A stretch of 63,750 nt of DNA, the filler included, from Lenisia limosa (Eukaryota > Protista > Breviatea): NCBI GenBank assembly GCA_001655205.1. It is 15 parts of 15 records of this genome, joined end to end, with 100 filler letters (N's around TTAATTAATTAA, not from the genome) between each part and the next. Parts side by side here need not be neighbours in the genome. Positions count along the whole stretch, not along the records: positions 25,142 to 29,569 come from LPNZ01001814.1; positions 29,670 to 32,361 come from LPNZ01004681.1; positions 32,462 to 35,102 come from LPNZ01003681.1; positions 35,203 to 38,241 come from LPNZ01004356.1; 11 more parts are not named here. The stretch is one strand, 5' to 3'. Of this stretch, positions 25,205 through 36,214 are shown one piece after another; within the stretch, counting starts at the first letter, position 1, and each line of letters starts with the position of its first letter. Position numbers and translations under genes: made by a program. The notes beneath the pieces are model-generated. The model made no database searches and was not told where the DNA came from. It saw only the letters and a list, made by a program, of their open reading frames with translations.

Positions 25205-27612
25205 CAGTTGTGACGGTTGGGTCGGACCCATCTGAGAGCTTGATTTCAGCCGTCCCAAAGGGGCAGACTTTGAAGGAGAATGGTGAGCCCTCCTAATGGA
25301 ATAATAGATACGAGGTGGATTTTCAAATACTACCCAAACATCAATCATAGACTTCAGGAAAATTAAGTGCTACATGCGTACATGGGTCCAGCAAGTATCA
25401 GCAAACAAGCGGAATGACGGGTCTGAGGGTGGCAAATCTAGGGAGTCAGAATATGCCGAGGTCAAAAGTAGGCGGTTGCCAGATGGGTATGGTGGAGAGA
25501 ATTGTAAGCTATAATGTCATTTTTCGAGATGTGCTCTACAACATGATGATATTTAATCATAATAACTTTTTATGAAGAAAGCGTAGCATTACTTTTAACT
25601 ACCAGATCCCAACTTTGAAGTCTGTGTAGGTTATAGAGCTCTGCTTTCAGCCCGGTCAACCGAGCCTCTATCTCTATCCTTGACCTTTTAAGACCTATGA
25701 TGCGTGAAATCAATATGTTTCAACGGAAAGATTCAATGTGACAAGAGAATCTGCAAAATATTGTTTAATAATAATTACAACTTTAATCAGCAAGGAATCA
25801 GCAGACTACATACCCTTGGTTTTCTTTTGTGTTGGTGTGAGGTCAAAGTAGTTGCCTGTGACAATATCAACAGCAGAAAGGAGCCATGATGGTGCTTTCC
25901 AAGGTACTGCCATATCTGGGTCAGGAATGAATCATATACTAAGGAAGGTTAATTTAATTTTATTATATCCATGTAATATGTAAAGCAGATTGATGTTGAC
26001 AGGGTGAGAACCATCGCAACAGAACTTTCATTATTTGTTTGCGACTAGTATTTACTCATAATAGCAGTTAATTGCACCTTCCCGTATACCAGGGTCTTTA
26101 GCAGCTTGTAAGTACTCATCTAAAGGTTCGAATCCATCTAAAATGTCAAAGCAAGAGAGTAAGACCAGTTTCCTGTAAGGGGGGAAGATGATATTAAAGG
26201 GTGGCAAACGCTACTGTATATAATTTTTTTTTGAATAAAACTAGTTTGTAGTTATCCAAATCGGCCCACTAAGCCGAGCTGTGACAACTTCTTTTTCGGC
26301 CTCAATCATTCGCTCAACTTTGACCTGACGTTCTCCCCATCTACAAATATGAGCATCGCTAAACAACTAAAGGGAAATCGAAATACACCGCTCTCACTTT
26401 GATGCATTCATTTTGAAATGAAACTTCAAATCATCAAGGTTTTTGTATGCCTATTTGAATTAGAGATATGAGGCAACAGAGGTGATAAATAAACATTTCA
26501 TCACTATATTCCAGGTTTAAAATACTTTCACGAAATTACCACCAAATGCAAAATCTTGAAATACTATGCACCTCTTAAAAAGTCAAATAATGAAATGACG
26601 TGTCACCTCGGGTTACATCCCACAAACCTCATTTAGTAGCATCATCCTTGAGATAAGTACTTGCCTCTCCCCAGACCCAGCAGCCATACAAGTGTCCTCA
26701 CAAACTGCGTGGAAATTACAACTAAAGCTGATACACTCTTCTCATTTCCAAGCATTTGATACCATGTACAGATATATTATATGATATACATGTACTTTGG
26801 AGAAAAAACATACCAAGTGATTTAAAACGTCCAAAATAGAGATATAATTATATCTCTTACCTTGAGACCCATCAAATTCATCGGAACCATCACAGCAATC
26901 TGAGGGAGGGGAAGTAATAAGCATATTTTTTTAAAAAAATGAGATAATTAACAACAATAATATAATTTCATATGATGTAAAGTGCCCTTTGTCCTGTATT
27001 ATAGCAAATGCTTACCACATACGCCATCATTGACGAAAGAAGAGGGAATTTTGACCCCCCTAAAGTTGGTGTTTCTACAGTGAAATTGTCCTCGGGAACA
27101 TGCTGATGTGCCTGTGGAGTGAATCTGGGATTCCTGATACTCGACTAGTAATTACAAAATACATTGTTATTCACTGAATATAAATATCACATTGTGCATA
27201 CATATATAGAATACGTATTATGTCCAAATCTCTTAAAGACACAGACTACACATCCGTAGTATTTTATAGAATAACTCAATCTTGGATTCCTTGAGTAATT
27301 ACTCAGATGTACAAAACCCGTTGCTCACCAGGCTCATCTGCGCCTGACTCCGGGCAATCACAATAGTCATCATTGACTTGATCAAGTGGAATGGCTTCTC
27401 CTCCACAATGTGCTGCTGGCACTCCGTTTTTGAATTTTGCTTGATCTAGTGGGTAAAAACGAAAACTTGCAAAACAATAAAATTGTCATTCTATCTATTC
27501 CTACCCGTGAAGTCCTCATTGCAAACTAACCTTTTTTGGATAATCCTCTGATCTCTCCAAATGCCCCTGTGCAGAAGAGGAAGAGAGTACAGAGGAGTAG
27601 CAAAGTCTTCAT
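25205..27612 (-). CDS. PRKCSH: Glucosidase II beta subunit
   Basis: Signal peptide MKTLLLLCTLFLFCTGAFG; IPLDQVNDDYCDCPESGADEP; GTSACSRGQFHCRN; SFVNDGVC; DCCDGSDEF; C-terminal FSFKVCPF (MRH-like). Confidence 0.9.
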
Positions 27613-27912
27613 CCTGATATATGATGGATCTGTGTAGGTAAATGGATTTCGAAGTACTGGACCGTTTGAATCACTATTAAAGTAATGAAGGAACGCAATA
27701 ACTGAACGGCGAGGAATGGAGGATTAATGGAGGAGGGAGTGGGAGAGAACATTATTTATTCGATAAATTTCTCGAAACTATTTTCGATAAAAATATCTGA
27801 AAAATAAAAAAAATAGCCTTCCCTGGCCTTCCCCTTTCCAGCTTTAGTTTCTTCGCTTCAGTGATATAGATTATCTCATAATAAATAAATTTTAACTTAA
27901 GGCAGCCTCACA

Positions 27913-29547
27913 ATGTATGGAGGAATTGGACTGCTTACAGCCCGTGGCTCAGGCACTAATGGTGAGTCTTATCACGTCGAAATTCCTTGTTTACTCGTTC
28001 AGGTTACGTTCAGCGAAACCTGTCGGCCCTCAGACCTAAGCAGACCATCATTGATGTTGAAGCTGAAGCTAAGAAGGCTGAAAGGGAAGCCACACGTACT
28101 AAAGACCCCAAAATCCTTGAATTCAACCGCAGAAGGGAAATGGCTGTCCAAATGGAGATAATCCGTGAAGAACTGGAAGAAGAAGGGTTGGTGCGGGTTA
28201 CTGCCTTCCTCTGGGGCACCTCACAAGACTATTTGTTCAGTCATGTGTTTATTGCAAGGAGAAACTTTCTCTACATTCCCCCTGGCAGCTCATTTCTTGC
28301 AAGTTCTTCACATCACCTCCTTAATAAGGAGGAAGTTGATAATTTTTGAATTGCGTTCGTTCCTGATGTTTATAAAGAACAAAACAGATAAATATTTTGA
28401 CATATCGTATCCCCATATTCTTATGAAAGGTAACCCGCTTGTTTTTATTTCAAGCAAATGTGTCATTGCTGAAGTAAATCATGGAATTGATTCAGCGTCA
28501 AAGCTGGCACTATATTTACTGCCGTCGAACGCATCTGTTAATACCAAGCTAACCCCCCCCCCTCCCTCAGAGTGGAAGATATTGAGACTGAGCTGGACGC
28601 CCGTCTTAAGGCGTATATGGATTCTCACAGAGAATTGAGCGAGGGTGAAGTGTAAGGGGGGTGTCACAGGTTATAATTGAATGATATTAGATAAATGTTG
28701 TGTTTTCTTCATGTTCATCTTCTCCTCAAGTTTTCCTTTTTAGGCTTTCACAATTTTTTTTGTGGTTTTACTCTATAGGGAAGATGAAGTTAATGCTTTC
28801 CAAAGCAGAATATCAAGCGCATTCAACCAGTCAAAGAGAGATAATAGGGTAGGTGTTGCTTACTTGCTGATTTCGTATGTCATATTATTATACTAGCTGA
28901 CATTTTTGATATACACCCCATTTCCTCTTTGCGTTGTTTGCATTTTTTTTCATGCACCCCCATTTCCTCTTTGCGTTGTTTGCATTTTTTTCATGCACCC
29001 CCATTTCCTCTTTGCGTTGTCTGCATTTTTTTTCAAGAAATAATTGTTTTTGCTTGCTGATTATCAACCTATATCCCTTACTGCTTTTTTTTTGCTTGAT
29101 GGATTTTCGGTTTTACTCTTCAGGGTGGCCATGACTCCCCGGACCGTTATAGCCGTCGTTCCCGCCGCTCTCGGTCTCCCCGCCGCAAGTCACCGCTCCG
29201 CAGATCTAGATCTCCCCGCAGGTACTAAAGTCCCGGGTATTGGTATCTCCCCAACTTTATATTGTGGGTTTTCCTGGGGGGTTTCTGTTGAACCAAGTGA
29301 TAACAGTTTTTTTTGAAGATCCCCCCTCCCCCTTAAATATCTATCAATAGCTAGATTATTGATTTTTATTTTTTTGAATTGGTGATCTTGGAAGAGTGAC
29401 AAAGGTGAAGAGGACATACCGAATGATATTATCTCCACATTGACAATATTTACCGTTTTAGACGTTCACCCCGTCGCCGATCCCCTGTGAAATCCCGCAG
29501 ATCAAGATCTCCCCGTCGCCGTACTCCCCAGAGATCACGCTCCCCAC
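27913..29547 (+). CDS. CWC21: Splicing factor CWC21/SRRM2 with RS-rich tail (3' truncated)
   Basis: [26 protein letters not shown]...KDPKILEFNRRREMAVQMEIIREELEEEG; RSRSPRR repeats at 29150-29550. Confidence 0.9.
28916..29031. repeat. ~40-bp tandem repeat x3 (intronic)
   Basis: CCCCATTTCCTCTTTGCGTTGTTTGCATTTTTTT(C)ATGCA units. Confidence 0.85.
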
Positions 29548-29671
29548 GGTACGCTTGTCGGTCGTCTCTNNNNNNNNNNNNNNNNNNNNNNNNNNNNNNN
29601 NNNNNNNNNNNNNTTAATTAATTAANNNNNNNNNNNNNNNNNNNNNNNNNNNNNNNNNNNNNNNNNNNNCA

Positions 29672-29850
29672 CCATTATTATTTAATTATTATCATTATTA
29701 TTATTATTATTATTATTACTACTACTACTATTATTATTATTACTACTACTACTATTATTATTAATTATTATTATTATTACTACTACTATTATTATTATTG
29801 TTATTGTTCTTGTTATTGTTATTAGTTTATTATTATTATCGTTATCATCA
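29672..29850. repeat. (TTA/CTA)n microsatellite
   Basis: Direct trinucleotide run. Confidence 0.9.
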
Positions 29851-29920
29851 CCACCACAATAACATCACTCTACTGGTGATAAGTAGATAATAGTAATGTT
29901 AAAATGTACCCCCCCCCCAG

Positions 29921-32130
29921 GATGTTGCAATGGAGTACCTCATCTCGAAAAACGGTGTGGCCGAGTCCANNNNNNNNNNNNNNNNNNNNNNNNNNNNNNN
30001 NNNNNNNNNNNNNNNNNNNNNNNNNNNNNNNNNNNNNNNNNNNNNNNNNNNNNNNNNNNNNNNNNNNGTGTGTGTATTGTTAGTTATTTGTAAAGAAACA
30101 TAGAAACTTGTGAAATACATTTTTTTATTATTTTATGTCTTAAACCGAGCTCTTAAACCAAACTGACGCCCGAAATGAACCACATGGGCTCCGATAGCGG
30201 AGTCTGCTGAAGGGCCGGAGTGCAAAATGCCCAATTATCAACTTCTTGTAATTGTATGAAATGTGTATTCTGATATTGAAATTTGAATTGTTGTTATTGA
30301 TAATTAATTTTGATATTTGAATATGAATGGAAAAAATTTTGATGAAAGAAATGCTAGATTGCTAGATTGATGCATTGATGCTAACTGGCGAAGGCTAGAA
30401 ATGAATGAACTTAATCTCATCTTGATCAGCTTGTATGATGCAGGCCTGATGCGGCGATGAGCAGCCATAAAAATGATGGATAATTACTCCCCCAGGTTGT
30501 ATTAGATTTAACACCCTTTCTTCTCCTTTCTTGAAGTCCGTATCCTGTTTGTATCTGTTATTAATTACTCTGCTGTACCACTTGAGAAAGACTAAGGCAG
30601 AAACGCACTATCCTCACTACAGTTCTCCTCGATCTGGCCACCTCCGTCCCCTCCGCTCCCCTACTCCTGCCATCATGGCCACCAACAACGAGACGAAGCA
30701 GCTGAGAGGCAACGACATTTCACACAATGCCGTTGACGATCTTGTGCCTTGTTCAACCCTGCACCATGTTCTTGAGTTCGAATGCATTCGTTCCCCTGGT
30801 TAGCGCGGGGGAGTTGCTTTTGATGTGAAAGAAAAGATCTTTAAAATGACAAACAAAAATGAAGTTGTATGGGTCCTTTGAATGATAATTTGTGTGAATT
30901 CCCGGAATTCAATCTCAAGTAACGGAAGGCCTTGTCTTAGGAGGGGCAGGCTAACATGCGTCGTTTTCAGGATAAGTGCGTCGTTTTTATCGAAACACAC
31001 AAATATATCAGATGTATAAGAATATCATATATTAATTTCCCAGAACCTTGTGTGTTTCCTAAATGGGAGCCAACAGAGTTGATTCTGGGTTTGTTTCATT
31101 TTTCATTTTCACGTACGCTGGAGTGATGGGATACGGTGCTGCAGAAGCGACTGGCCTGGCCTTTGTTTGTTTNNNNNNNNNNNNNNNNNNNNNNNNNNNN
31201 NNNNNNNNNNNNAGTTGATTCTGATTTGGTTTGTTTCAAAAAAATTTCATTTCATCTCCCCCATTGTTTCTCAAATTCACCCATATAGTGGAGGCGCTTC
31301 TATGCCTCAAGGAAAAGCTCATGTTCCAAGGTGCCCCGGGGTGGGGTGATCCTCCCTTTGCTATTATAAATCCGATATCTCTTATAAGCATGATGGTGTG
31401 GACGGCTTTGGCCAGATACAACCTGCTTTGGCCAGATACAACCTTATTTTTTTATTTCTCATTGCTTTATTACCCGCACCCAATTAATTTTTTATTCTTA
31501 TAATCAACCATCCGGTTTACCCCCCCTCCCTCCGAGTTTCAGATTTTTCGGTTCGTGATTAGTACCTTTACACCAGTATTCTTCATCGAAATTTCCTTCG
31601 TTTTACTCCCGTCTCCCCCACAGGTTTCCTCCAACAGTCTCTTCCGCGAACACACTTCTTCATGAAGGGCAATGTGGAGATCGTTTTCAGATACCGTGGC
31701 GATGATGTGGGGTAGTGGGTGGTGTATAATATATAATATACTATTAGATATGATATATTGTACATATTGTATACATATGTAGTGTTAATNNNNNNNNNNN
31801 NNNNNNNNNNNNNNNNNNNNNNNNNNNNNNNNNNNNNNNNNNNNNNNNNNNNNNNNNNNNNNNNNNNNNNNNNNNNNNNNNNNNNNNNNNNTCATCGCAT
31901 TGGTAATATGAATGTACATATCTATATGATATGATATAATAAATTTATATCATATTTATTATATCATATATATTATATGGAGTATTTTGTCTTTGTGCCT
32001 TCCGTTCCCTGTATTCTCACAACCCAGGCCAAGAAAGTCATGATTGACGTTTTGGAAACAGGCGGACGTACGGGAACGGTTTTGTTCCTGAAAGAGTCCC
32101 TAAAAAACTGCCTTCGTGATTGTGATAACT
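29921..32130 (+). CDS. Unknown multi-exon gene
   Basis: Exons DVAMEYLISKNGVAES, EALLCLKEKLMFQ, FLQQSLPRTHFFMKGNVEIVFRYRGDD, AKKVMIDVLETGGRTGTVLFLKESLKNC. Confidence 0.3.
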
Positions 32131-32506
32131 CAATGTTGGGGGAGGGTAATCTGTAGTTAAGTGATAAAAGTGGTATCTTTTATGACCAAAATTAAAAAAA
32201 ATAAAGGTAAATTTGCTTGCTTCAGAATACCTGGATAATGAAGACAATGCTTGGGGTAATCCACTGTACAGTATAATTCGGGGTAATTCAATGTAATAGT
32301 AGTATTCATTGCTCTCAAAACATCACATAATCACCATTACCCTTCTCCAATCTGGTTTTTGNNNNNNNNNNNNNNNNNNNNNNNNNNNNNNNNNNNNNNN
32401 NNNNNTTAATTAATTAANNNNNNNNNNNNNNNNNNNNNNNNNNNNNNNNNNNNNNNNNNNNGGGGGTATAAGTAACAAATGAGACAAGTATTGTATGCTA
32501 GGTCAC

Positions 32507-34459
32507 CTTGTCGAGAGAAGTGATGATGGCGGTCTTGCCGGACTTCTCAGCGAAGCGGGCGGCAGCCTCAACCTTGGGTCCCATGGAGCCCTTGCCTGTA
32601 GCTGTAAGCAACGCAATCCAAAAAAAAAACAGGCAATCAATCAGTTGTGGGTGTGAAACGTAAAATGCCAACATAACAATACATAAACGGTCGGCTCTAG
32701 TCATACTATACCTCCCCAGAAGCGACTGGCCTGCCGCCCCCTCCCACCGAACTGGCCCTCAGCCATGAAGGCGCGGGCCTCGTTGACGGTCATGTGGCCG
32801 ATGGCGCGCTGGGTGGGCTTGTTGTAGTCAACAAAGACGGCCTCGACATCGGTGAGGATCATGTAGTGGTCGGCTGAGATGGTGTTGGCCTATAGAAAAG
32901 TAAGGACTTGCTCAGCTTCTTCACGAAAATAAAACAATATTCCCCTCTCACAAGAAGTTCACCGCAGAGATCCTTGTCGATGACGGCGTTGACACCCTTG
33001 AGCTCGCCGTTCTCACGGACAACAGGGATTCCACCGCCACCGCAGGAAACGACAGTCATGCCGTTGTCAATCATCTTGGTGATGGACTTGCCCTCAACAA
33101 TCTCGCGAGGCATGGGGGAGGGGACGACAATGCGGTATCCGCGGCCGGCGTCCTCGATCATGTCGAAGCCCTGGCGCGTTAAAATGTGTAGAAATGAGAA
33201 TGGAAGGTTTGGTCCAGTTAACATCAAGAGGACGAGAAGAGCCCCATGCCGACCTTGGCCTTGATCTCCTTGGACTCCTCCTCGGTGTAGAAGCGACCAA
33301 TAGGCTTGGAGGGGTTCTTGAAGGCGGCGTCTGTGGTGTGAGAGACAACGCAAAATATGCTGAGGGGAAAGGAAACAAAACACAACAAATGATTCGTATA
33401 ACAGTATATCATATTAAATAGGGAAAGCCTCAATAACTAATAAGAAAGCACCCCTCACCAGCACGGGTGACAACAGTCTGGGTGACGACACAGGCAACCT
33501 CGGGGTCGGCAATGTGAGCCTTCTCCATGGCGGTACGGAGTTCCTGGGGGGGGGGGGNNNNNNNNNNNNNNNNNNNNNNNNNNNNNNNNNNNNNNNNNNN
33601 NNNNNNNNNNNNNNNNNNNNNNNNNNNNNNNNNNNNNNNNNNNNNNNNNNNNNNNNNNNNNNNNNNNNNNNNNNNNNNNNNNNNNNNNNNNNNNNNNNNN
33701 NNNNNNNNNNNNNNNNNNNNNNNNNNNNNNNNNNTGCGAGGGAAATTAAGACCAACGACAGTTATTTTAAATGAAAAGGTGAAAAGCATAAATATTTCCC
33801 AAAAGTCATCATCAGCACCACACTTCTTCAAAGATTTCTCATTTACTATGTGAAACTCACCTGCTGGATCATGAAACCGATGAAACCTTGAGTCATGGCA
33901 CCGTTGACGAAGAGGGGCTGTTGGGGGACCTTCTCCTTAGCAACGTCTCCCTGGAGGAAGAGGGCGCCGACCTAATGTGGTGAGTCAAGCCCTTACTTAC
34001 AATTAGGGCTTCACTTCGGTTCAAAAAAAGACTGTAAATCCTTGAAGACTAACGATATTTTACCAGTCTTTTCGAACCGAAGTGAAGCCTAACTCACAAT
34101 CGGACATTCAGGTGTTAGACATTAAACTCGGAACCACTTTGATGTCTATCTTGCTAAAAAGATTGACCCCCCCCCGCCGCCAACCTGGGGGCCGTTGCCA
34201 TGGGTGACGACGAGCTTGTTGCCGGCCTTGATGATCTTGGTCAGCTGCTCAGCGGCCTCGCGGGAGGCAGCGGTTTGCTCCTCGTAGGTACCCTGCATGG
34301 TCAGCAATGGTCTTTGATGAATCAATTTAAACACAGGCATTGGTTGGTCATTCTGCTACATAGCTTACCTTCTGTCCGGGCTTGAGGAGGGCGTTGCCAC
34401 CAAGAGCGCAGAGGATGGTCTTGGAGGTGGTTGGCTTGGGGATGGCGTCCATGAAGAAG
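32507..34459 (-). CDS. arcC: Carbamate kinase; probably the C-terminal half of an OTC-CK fusion; last exon lost at linker
   Basis: Exons 34369-34459, 34185-34292, 33861-33971, 33459-33543, 33254-33330, 32952-33170, 32748-32889, 32507-~32595 splice in phase. Motifs [92 protein letters not shown]. Confidence 0.97.
34004..34092. mobile_element. hAT-like MITE family A1 in a CK intron
   Basis: TIRs present; flanks CTTACAAT / CTCACAAT. Confidence 0.8.
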
Positions 34460-34484
34460 CTGCCAGTGTGAGTAAGGGCACAAC

Positions 34485-34583
34485 TAGGGATTCCCTACGA
34501 TCCCAAAAAGACTGAATTTCGCGATAAATCCTCAATAAATATCGATATTTGACTGATCTTTTTTGGACCGTAGGGAAGCCCAA
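34485..34583. mobile_element. hAT-like MITE family A2 inside the OTC-CK junction intron
   Basis: TAGGGATTCCCTACGATCCCAAAAAGAC...TTTTTTGGACCGTAGGGAAGCCCAA; flanks GGCACAAC / GGCACATA. Confidence 0.8.
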
Positions 34584-34661
34584 GGCACATAAGAACATAA
34601 TGAGTTTAGAGACAACAAATGAGAAATACGAGAGTACAACGATCACAGTGCCTGGACCCAC

Positions 34662-35069
34662 AGAGTGATGGCCTTCTGCATATGGAGGCGGTTGCCGGCC
34701 TGACGGAAGACGATGGAGGCGGGGCCGTCAATGACCTCAGCGGTTTGCTCCTGGAATGTGTCAAATACATACAAAGGACAAAATATTTGCAGTAAAGTCT
34801 CTCTTGAAACTAGGATCATAAGGAAGCACAAACCTGTCCGCGGGCGGCGGGGAGGCAGTTCATGAAGGTGCAGCTAGGCTTGGCAATGTCCATGAGTTCT
34901 TGGCGGACCTATGCGATGAAAATTGCCTTTTGAAAAACAACATAAAACTTGAAATAGCCTTATTGGCAAAACCATTAAATTATATCTTGATAGCATCGCA
35001 ACCATGCACCTGGAAAGGAAGGAAGACCTCGAGACGCTGCTTCTTCTCTTCCTCGGGGATGTGGTAGGA
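34662..35069 (-). CDS. arcB: Catabolic ornithine carbamoyltransferase, C-terminal part (Giardia/metamonad type); 5' part lost at linker
   Basis: Exons 35010-35069 [20 protein letters not shown], 34834-34908 [25 protein letters not shown], 34662-34750 [29 protein letters not shown]; all GT-AG and in phase. Confidence 0.93.
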
Positions 35070-35374
35070 CTATACTGCGTAAGAATGGTTGGCAATGCTT
35101 TCNNNNNNNNNNNNNNNNNNNNNNNNNNNNNNNNNNNNNNNNNNNNTTAATTAATTAANNNNNNNNNNNNNNNNNNNNNNNNNNNNNNNNNNNNNNNNNN
35201 NNTTGTGAGGGTCCTGCGTTCTACCCCCGAAAGTCTTGTAGACGGCCTCAGGCAAAAGGAGCTTGTCACCAAGTATATCATCACTAGGGCAAAGGTTGGA
35301 ACAAAATAGAGACACTTTTTTCAGGATCAGAATATCTATTACATATGATCTTATCTGGGGATGAAGTAAGTATA

Positions 35375-35490
35375 CTGGAGTAATGGGATGAGGTGCTGCA
35401 GAAGCGACTGGCCTAGGCTTTGTTTGTTTTGTTGTTGTCAACCCTCTTGCGTTGTCAGCCAACAGAGTTGATTTTGGGCTTTTTTTTTTG
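35375..35490 (+). repeat. Dispersed TIR-less repeat family D (representative copy)
   Basis: CTGGAGT(G/A)ATGGGATG.GGTGCTGCAGAAGCGACTGGCCTAGGCTTTG...GTCAGCCAACAGAGTTGATTTTGGGCTTTTTTT; more than 12 full or partial copies on both strands. Confidence 0.8.
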
Positions 35491-35751
35491 TTTCGTAAAT
35501 TTTCTAATTTTCCTCCACCCCTCTCCATCGCCTTATCCTTCATCCCTCGCCCACCAAGCTTTGTCCCATCTTTCATCCCTCCAATTCAGCCTTATAAATT
35601 ATTATATTATTGCCTTTGACACGAAAGGGTGGGTGGGTGCTGTTAGCAGCAGCCGACTGTCCTCTTCTGTTCTTTGCAATCAGTGTCACGAAATACTCCT
35701 CCATGCCAGCTCGTCTGTTTGAAGATCCGATCCTCTCCTCCTCCCCCATTC

Positions 35752-35880
35752 TTAATTTATAACCAATAATAAAACCAATAATAAAACCATATATAATACA
35801 GTTTAATTTATAACCAATAATAAAACCATACATAATACAGTTTAATTTATAACCAATAATAAAACCATACATAATACAGT
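35752..35880. repeat. ~35-bp AT-rich tandem repeat
   Basis: TAATTTATAACCAATAATAAAACCATACATAATACAGT units. Confidence 0.8.
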
Positions 35881-36214
35881 GGTGTGATATAAAGGTCTTG
35901 GTAGTGTCCTCTTAGATTTTAACGGTTCCCTCTTCCATTGCGATCCAACTGTAGCCTTACGTGTTCGTCTGAGAGCGTGTTATTCATTAATAGACTAAGA
36001 CTTGAAAAATATCAGAAAACAGAATTCTATATCATATCACTCGCTCATCCACAGTAATCTCATTTCCAATTTCCTTCTCTTCACCCCCCCCCCCCNNNNN
36101 NNNNNNNNNNNNNNNNNNNNNNNNNNNNNNNNNNNNNNNNNNNNNNNNNNNNNNNNNNNNNNNNNNNNNNNNNNNNNNNNNNNNNNNNNNNNNNNNNNNN
36201 NNNNNNNNNNNNNN

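Noticed and set aside
32908-33421. Plus-strand ORFs opposite carbamate kinase
   Set aside because: Antisense shadows of strongly codon-biased CK exons.
35203-36000. Exon-like segments after the linker as the missing OTC or ADI 5' end
   Set aside because: Translations (e.g. DDILGDKLLLPEAVYKTFG) show no OTC (STRT, HPxQ) or ADI motifs and lie on a different contig.
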